From a virus: 64,000 bases of DNA. Location: IMG/VR virus record IMGVR_UViG_3300010352_001169; one strand, 5' to 3'. A program made the translations under genes and the position numbers. Positions 58,204-64,000 of the stretch are shown here, piece by piece (positions within the stretch are counted from its first letter, which is position 1; each line of letters opens with the position of its first letter). Below the pieces are notes generated by a model. The model saw only the letters and a list, made by a program, of their open reading frames with translations, was not told the origin of the DNA and did not search any database.

Positions 58204-59031
58204 TTATATTCTATATCTAGCGGTATTAATTACCTCATTTCTAAGATAATGTAATTTTTTCTTAAAATATTCTTCATTACATTCTTCCAATTTAACTTCA
58301 TTGGTCTGGTTGAAATCATCAAATTGTAAGAAAGTGCCATTTCTTTCATCATCGTCTTCATTTTCGTGTTGATAAACGTAAAAATTTCCAGGCATACGGT
58401 TGAAAGAAATGTTGAAAGAAATATATGACATTCCTCTATTGTAAAAATTTATATTTTCAATACCATTTATATTTTTGAGAATTTCATAGTATTCTTCTAA
58501 TGAATAATATTTTGGTTCCTCCCATTTTTCCTCCCCATACGGATCTATATCGTTGTTAAAATTTTCGCTAGTTTCCCAATCATCTTCAAATTTACCACCT
58601 TTATACCATTTAATAGTTTCTTTTGGTGTTGCTTTTGTTGGAGCATCATAATAACCAATACCATTAGTCATATCAACAACATAATCTTTTTTTGTTCCTT
58701 TTAACATAAATTGCCACCCCATAAAAGCATTAGGATCTTCTTTCCAATATCCACCCAAAGATATTCTTTCTTTTTTAATAAACCTTCCATTTTTTATATC
58801 ATAAAAAACAACCTTTTTTCCTATTGTATTATCTATTAGATCTAAAACATATTTTCTTGATTCTTCATTGGATACGTTTTTCATAAGTCCTATTATGAAG
58901 TTATCTCCATAATAACACGTATTAAAATCTTCACCCTTTAAATTTAATAATTTTTTAGGTTCTGGTTCTTCAAGAGAAGAATGTGACAGTTTTCTTAATT
59001 CTTCTGTTATAAAACTTTCGAAAGATTTCAT
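58204..59031 (-). CDS. Tagged protein with IKWYKGGKF and DPYGEEKW motifs
   Basis: MKSFESFITEE start. Confidence 0.72.
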   Translation of the reverse strand: MKSFESFITEELRKLSHSSLEEPEPKKLLNLKGEDFNTCYYGDNFIIGLMKNVSNEESRKYVLDLIDNTIGKKVVFYDIKNGRFIKKERISLGGYWKEDPNAFMGWQFMLKGTKKDYVVDMTNGIGYYDAPTKATPKETIKWYKGGKFEDDWETSENFNNDIDPYGEEKWEEPKYYSLEEYYEILKNINGIENINFYNRGMSYISFNISFNRMPGNFYVYQHENEDDDERNGTFLQFDDFNQTNEVKLEECNEEYFKKKLHYLRNEVINTARYRI

Positions 59032-59378
59032 AATTTTCCTATTTCAGCTTTGGCATCTCCAATTCCTTTGACTTCAGCTATAATATTTCTTACTTTTATA
59101 AGACCCTCTTTGTCCATATCTTTTAACATATCGGCCATTTTCTTTACCGTGTCGGGAAACTTAGTAACGGATTCGTTGTTATAATTTGATAAATCTCCGC
59201 TTTTTTCTTCTTGAGATGTTTGTTGTGGTTGTTCGGTTTCAGTCGTTCCACTTTGAGCAGGTTGAGCTGCTGGCTGTGCTGCTGGTTCTGGAGCAGGAGC
59301 TGGGGCAGGAGCTGGTGCTGGGGCAGGAGCTGGAGTGTCAGCTTCATTTAGAAAATCTATGTATTTTTTTATTTTCAT
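59028..59378 (-). CDS. Tagged protein with Pro-Ala repeat linker
   Basis: MKIKKYIDFLNEA then (PA)n, PAAQ repeats (about 59255-59336). Confidence 0.72.
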   Translation of the reverse strand: MKIKKYIDFLNEADTPAPAPAPAPAPAPAPEPAAQPAAQPAQSGTTETEQPQQTSQEEKSGDLSNYNNESVTKFPDTVKKMADMLKDMDKEGLIKVRNIIAEVKGIGDAKAEIGKL

Positions 59379-59394
59379 ATTTTTATATATTATT

Positions 59395-59733
59395 TTATGA
59401 TTCCCATCTTTCTTCACCGTGTGGGTCCAGATCATTGAAAACTCTTTTGTGTTCTTCTTGTTTTGTTAAATTGTAAGGCGAAACCCACCAATCTACCTCC
59501 GATATATAATATGTCATTCTTTTATTATATCTATAATAATCACATTCGCCCTTTTCGTTTCTATCTGTCCAAATAGTATGATATCCTTTATCTGATATTG
59601 TTCCTTTTAGATTATTAAATTCTTCTTCATCAACAACACCATTAACTATAACTTCATCGCCTATATTAAAAATATCATCAACGTCTTTTTGATCGTTTTG
59701 TTCTTTTATATATGAATAGAATTTTTTCATCAT
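59395..59733 (-). CDS. Tagged SH3-like protein ending DPHGEERW
   Basis: MKKFYSYIKEQ; FNIGDEVIVNG. Confidence 0.7.
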   Translation of the reverse strand: MMKKFYSYIKEQNDQKDVDDIFNIGDEVIVNGVVDEEEFNNLKGTISDKGYHTIWTDRNEKGECDYYRYNKRMTYYISEVDWWVSPYNLTKQEEHKRVFNDLDPHGEERWES

Positions 59734-59772
59734 GAACCTATATATAATTTTTTGTAAATAAATAAGATGAAT

Positions 59773-60675
59773 TTAACTAAAATAAGAATAGAGTCTTTCA
59801 ATATATCTACGGTATATTTTCTTTTTTCTTTCTACTTCTTTCTCTAATGATTTATAGAAATTATCAACTTCTTGCTCTGTAAAATGTTTAATATTAATAT
59901 CATGATCATCCAAAAATTTTCTAAATTTAATTCCTAATATTTTAATTTTAGATGTTGTATTGAGTATTTTATCTTGGTTGATTTTATAATACTTTTGTAA
60001 TAAGTAGTAAAGTTTTAATATTACATTTTTATCATCTTTAGATATTTCATCTACAATGTCTTTAATATCATTATCATTTAAATAATTTAAATTACTTTGC
60101 AATCTAGAATATTTTAGATATTTTTTTATATCATTATTGAATTTATGTTTATTTTCTTTAAAATTTCTTATATCAGAATGATAGTAAGCTTCAATTTCGT
60201 TCATTTCAATTATATACATAATATAAAAAAGTATATCAACGTTTTCATCTGATGATGAAATTTCAGAGAAAGGCGAAAGTTTAATTTTATCTTTCATTTT
60301 TAAAAATCCGCCAGATTTTATAAAATCATAGATGTGTTTTATTTCGTGTTCAAATGACATTAATGTTGGTCTATGAAATTTATTAACGCTTATTTCAATA
60401 TTTTTTGTTTTATAATATTTTGATGTGTTGAACCATGCGGTCATTTTACGACCAATATTTCTATTTGAATATTCATCTATAAATAATTTATTTATAGAAA
60501 TACTCATATTCTTCTTAGAATATTCATTGAGATCAATTACTCTCTCACCTTGCTTGTATAATTTCCAAATATATTCAGCAAGTTGTGAAACTTCTTCATT
60601 ATAACCTAATCTTTCAAATAATTTGAATGTATCATCTAATGACTCTTTTAGATATTTAGAATAATTCATTATCAT
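59773..60675 (-). CDS. Tagged putative zinc metallopeptidase (HExxH)
   Basis: MIMNYSKYLKES; FEHEIKHIYD and downstream NEIEAY. Confidence 0.6.
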   Translation of the reverse strand: MIMNYSKYLKESLDDTFKLFERLGYNEEVSQLAEYIWKLYKQGERVIDLNEYSKKNMSISINKLFIDEYSNRNIGRKMTAWFNTSKYYKTKNIEISVNKFHRPTLMSFEHEIKHIYDFIKSGGFLKMKDKIKLSPFSEISSSDENVDILFYIMYIIEMNEIEAYYHSDIRNFKENKHKFNNDIKKYLKYSRLQSNLNYLNDNDIKDIVDEISKDDKNVILKLYYLLQKYYKINQDKILNTTSKIKILGIKFRKFLDDHDINIKHFTEQEVDNFYKSLEKEVERKKKIYRRYIERLYSYFS

Positions 60676-60757
60676 GATCCTATATATAATTTTTCGTAAA
60701 TAAAAACTTTTATAATTTAATAAGATAAAAGAGAAAAAAATAATACGACAAAATAAA

Positions 60758-61114
60758 ATGCCTTCACGTAAATGGATAGATACAGATGAATTAGAATTGG
60801 AATTTAATAAATCGTTAGAAGACGATAAAGCTACAGACGAACTCAAAAAAATGTTGCTTTTAATGACAGAAATGATATCTATAAAAATTATTTATTTATA
60901 TAGAGATTTAAGATCACACGATTTATGTATAAATATAACATATGAGTATATGTTAGATAATTGGAAAAATTTTAATAAATCTAAAAATCCAAAAACTAAA
61001 TTACTTACTTATTATGGTGAGGTCATAAGAAGAATTATGATTGAAGCTTCAAAAGATCCATATTTTATGATCAATAAAAGAAGGACCAAATTAATTGATA
61101 GAATGTTACAATAA
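60758..61114 (+). CDS. T4 gp55-like late sigma factor paralog (short)
   Basis: WIDxxEL...MLLLM...Y...DxC...NWKNFN...TYY pattern recalled from gp55-like proteins. Confidence 0.45.
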   Translation: MPSRKWIDTDELELEFNKSLEDDKATDELKKMLLLMTEMISIKIIYLYRDLRSHDLCINITYEYMLDNWKNFNKSKNPKTKLLTYYGEVIRRIMIEASKDPYFMINKRRTKLIDRMLQ

Positions 61115-61160
61115 ATTTTTTTATTCTAATTAAAAATTGTAATTTTGCAAAAATAGACAT

Positions 61161-61940
61161 ATGAACATAAAACAATTATTTTTAAATTTAACATCCTATA
61201 CCATTCCACATGGTATGGAACACACTCTCGAGAAGTATTTTCCAAATGGAATTCAAAAAGACGGTTGTGAGAATTATTATATGAAAATAGGTGATAGTAG
61301 AACCATTTTCACTTGCCATATGGACACCGCTTGTGGGGAGTATGAAAAAGTAAATCATGTGATTCGAGGAAATATGATTTCTACTGATGGAAGAACAGTA
61401 TTGAGCGGTGATGATAAAAATGGAATGACAATTCTTCTTTATATGATTTATAGAAAAGTTCCTGGAACTTATTATTTCTTCGCTGGCGAAGAATGCGGAA
61501 TGGTTGGAGCTCACTATATTTTACAGAAAAATAGAGAATTCTTCTATGATTACGATAGAATGGTGTCTTTTGATAGAAGAGCTTATCATTCTGTTATCAC
61601 ACATCAAATAGGAAGACGTGGATGTAGTCAAGAATTCGCATTAGCTCTTGCCGAAGAATTGAATAGTAAAAATGCTGATTTTAAATATGTTCCAGATTCT
61701 ACTGGAATATATACAGATAGTGCATCTTTTATTGGAATTATTCCCGAAATAACTAATTTATCTGTTGGTTATTTTGGTGAGCACTCGCATGGTGAAAGAA
61801 CTGATATAAAATTCTTATCCGATTTAGCAAGAGCGGCTTGTGCCGTAAATTGGGAATCTCTTCCAGTTGGAGATAAGAGCAGAGACAAAGATGTCGATAG
61901 ATGGGGATACGGCGGTAACGAATGGGAATGGGGATATTAA
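61161..61940 (+). CDS. M28-family metallopeptidase, paralog of 12635-13861
   Basis: CHMDT, SGDDKNG, FAGEE, FDRR, YTDS, EHSH; TAATTTTG box at 61140-61147. Confidence 0.8.
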   Translation: MNIKQLFLNLTSYTIPHGMEHTLEKYFPNGIQKDGCENYYMKIGDSRTIFTCHMDTACGEYEKVNHVIRGNMISTDGRTVLSGDDKNGMTILLYMIYRKVPGTYYFFAGEECGMVGAHYILQKNREFFYDYDRMVSFDRRAYHSVITHQIGRRGCSQEFALALAEELNSKNADFKYVPDSTGIYTDSASFIGIIPEITNLSVGYFGEHSHGERTDIKFLSDLARAACAVNWESLPVGDKSRDKDVDRWGYGGNEWEWGY

Positions 61941-61950
61941 AAACATTTGA

Positions 61951-62136
61951 ATGGTGAAAGAGTGGTACGGAATAAGTCGTTTTAGAAAGGTAAATGAAAA
62001 CTTTTCGAATTTTGATGATTCTGATTTTTTAGAGGAAGAAGATTCTCTTAAACAATCAAATCTTCACGGCGAGAAACCGATCATTGATTTTAGCGACACA
62101 TCAAAACTTCTATTTCAAATGGAAAAATTATTATAA
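61951..62136 (+). CDS. Small acidic hypothetical protein
   Basis: ISRFRKVNEN tag-like segment. Confidence 0.5.
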   Translation: MVKEWYGISRFRKVNENFSNFDDSDFLEEEDSLKQSNLHGEKPIIDFSDTSKLLFQMEKLL

Positions 62137-62193
62137 ATTAAAATAAATCGTCGCGGTTTAAAAATTGCACGATTCAAAAAATAATGAAGAAAC

Positions 62194-62361
62194 ATGGGAA
62201 CATCATCCAGAAAAAGAACAAAGAGAATTTATAGTAAGAACAAAGAAAATCGCAACAAAAAAATTGAGAGAATTGAAAAAAACTACGAAGTTTTAAAAAG
62301 TCTTGGATATTATGAAATTCTTAACGCTGAAAAAAAGACTATTCCTCCAGAAAAAAACTGA
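62194..62361 (+). CDS. Small basic protein (55 aa)
   Basis: MGTSSRKRTKRIYSKNKENRNKKIERIE; not in the ORF track. Confidence 0.55.
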   Translation: MGTSSRKRTKRIYSKNKENRNKKIERIEKNYEVLKSLGYYEILNAEKKTIPPEKN

Positions 62362-62431
62362 CAAATTGACACATTAAATCATTTGGAATAGTTATTGATA
62401 ATAAAAAAAAATAAAAAAAAAATTATCTTAT

Positions 62432-62707
62432 ATGAATATTAAATTACTACAAGATTATGTATTGGTTCTTCCCGATAAAGCGGAAGAAAGAACAAAAGCT
62501 GGAATCATCATTCCAGATACAGCAAAAGAAAAACCAAATAGAGGAACAGTTATGGCCGTTGGCAAAGGAATAAAAGATGAGCCAATGGAATTAAAAGAAG
62601 GCGACGTTATATATTATGGTAAATATAGCGGAACTGAAATTAGTAAGGATGGTGTAGATTACATGTTAATGCATCAAAAAGACGTATATCTTATAATAGA
62701 TGAATAA
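62432..62707 (+). CDS. groS: Co-chaperonin GroES
   Basis: LLQDYVLV, GIIIPDTAKEKP, GDVIYYGKYSGTE. Confidence 0.95.
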   Translation: MNIKLLQDYVLVLPDKAEERTKAGIIIPDTAKEKPNRGTVMAVGKGIKDEPMELKEGDVIYYGKYSGTEISKDGVDYMLMHQKDVYLIIDE

Positions 62708-62734
62708 AAATGAATATTATTTAATAGAAGTGGA

Positions 62735-62956
62735 ATGAAAAAGTGGAGTTATAAAAAAGATAAAGAAACTGATCCAAACAGGGATAAGGATGATATAAAA
62801 ATTTCTAAAGATTGCACTTTCGTAGATTGGAACAAGTTTTCGATGGACGAGCTCGCTGATTATCTTGAAAATAAATGGAAATATATGAGCAGCGGTGAAG
62901 CGCTGGCGATATATAAAATGGTACAATTTTATAGAGAACATAAAGATGAAAAATAA
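62735..62956 (+). CDS. Hypothetical protein
   Basis: 73-aa ORF between groS and groL. Confidence 0.65.
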   Translation: MKKWSYKKDKETDPNRDKDDIKISKDCTFVDWNKFSMDELADYLENKWKYMSSGEALAIYKMVQFYREHKDEK

Positions 62957-62957
62957 T

Positions 62958-63173
62958 ATGAAAAGATTGGAATATTTTAATAAAAACGATTGGGATCATT
63001 TACACGATGCTGTTTTAGAATCAACTGGAGAAAATAAAAATATGGAAGAATTGAATAAGATATTCGATTCTCTTCCATCGGACTTAAAAAATCTCGCTTA
63101 TAAATTCGGCATGAATGATACAGTATTTAGAGATAATGTAATAGAATATTATTTAAAAAAACAAATAAAATAG
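62958..63173 (+). CDS. Small protein ending in TAG, in frame with groL
   Basis: MKRLEYFNK...YYLKKQIK-TAG-AAT-ATG. Confidence 0.6.
   Translation: MKRLEYFNKNDWDHLHDAVLESTGENKNMEELNKIFDSLPSDLKNLAYKFGMNDTVFRDNVIEYYLKKQIK

Positions 63174-64000
<827 letters not shown>

Noticed and set aside
1588-59430. DPYGEE copies as a DNA-level mobile or palindromic element
   Set aside because: Not palindromic, no target-site duplications, and heavy synonymous variation; only the 45.8/46.5-kb pair is identical DNA
62134-62184. In-frame tail IKINRRGLKIARFKK after the TAA of 61951-62136, resembling the C-terminal tags
   Set aside because: Only 15 codons after an ochre stop the CUA tRNA cannot read; indistinguishable from chance without homologs

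Overview
AT-rich, gene-dense segment of a very large tailed-phage (jumbo/huge, T4-like module) genome. The host is most likely Bacteroidota, inferred from Bacteroidota-like GroES/GroEL, an SGCKKED lipoprotein signal and TAnnTTTG promoter boxes. Recognisable genes: 3' part of a tmRNA, DHFR, vWA + PurA-like pair, C-terminal half of a split PolB, three free-standing homing endonucleases, two M28 peptidases, KamA, gp25-like wedge protein, GDP-fucose synthase, a catalytically degenerate terminase paralog, NUDIX, SET, two further radical SAM enzymes, PhoH, ribosomal protein S1, a type IIA topoisomerase fractured by a split intein plus endonuclease, gp46/SbcC, GroES and the start of GroEL. Two things stand out. 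(1) A minus-strand locus at about 37.8-39.6 kb, missed by the ORF track, holds an amber-suppressor tRNA (anticodon CUA), a peptidyl-tRNA hydrolase 2 gene with two in-frame TAG codons, an SD-led mini-ORF M-S-amber-V-K-P-P-stop and an unassigned 135-nt structured RNA, in a genome otherwise read with code 11. This looks like an amber-gated translation-control circuit. (2) More than 30 otherwise unrelated proteins share short linear motifs: an N-terminal tag resembling the T4 capsid-targeting signal (MxxLxxY/FxxFxNE) and 20 copies of a DPYGEExW motif. All calls were made by eye from the sequence; no database searches were run.
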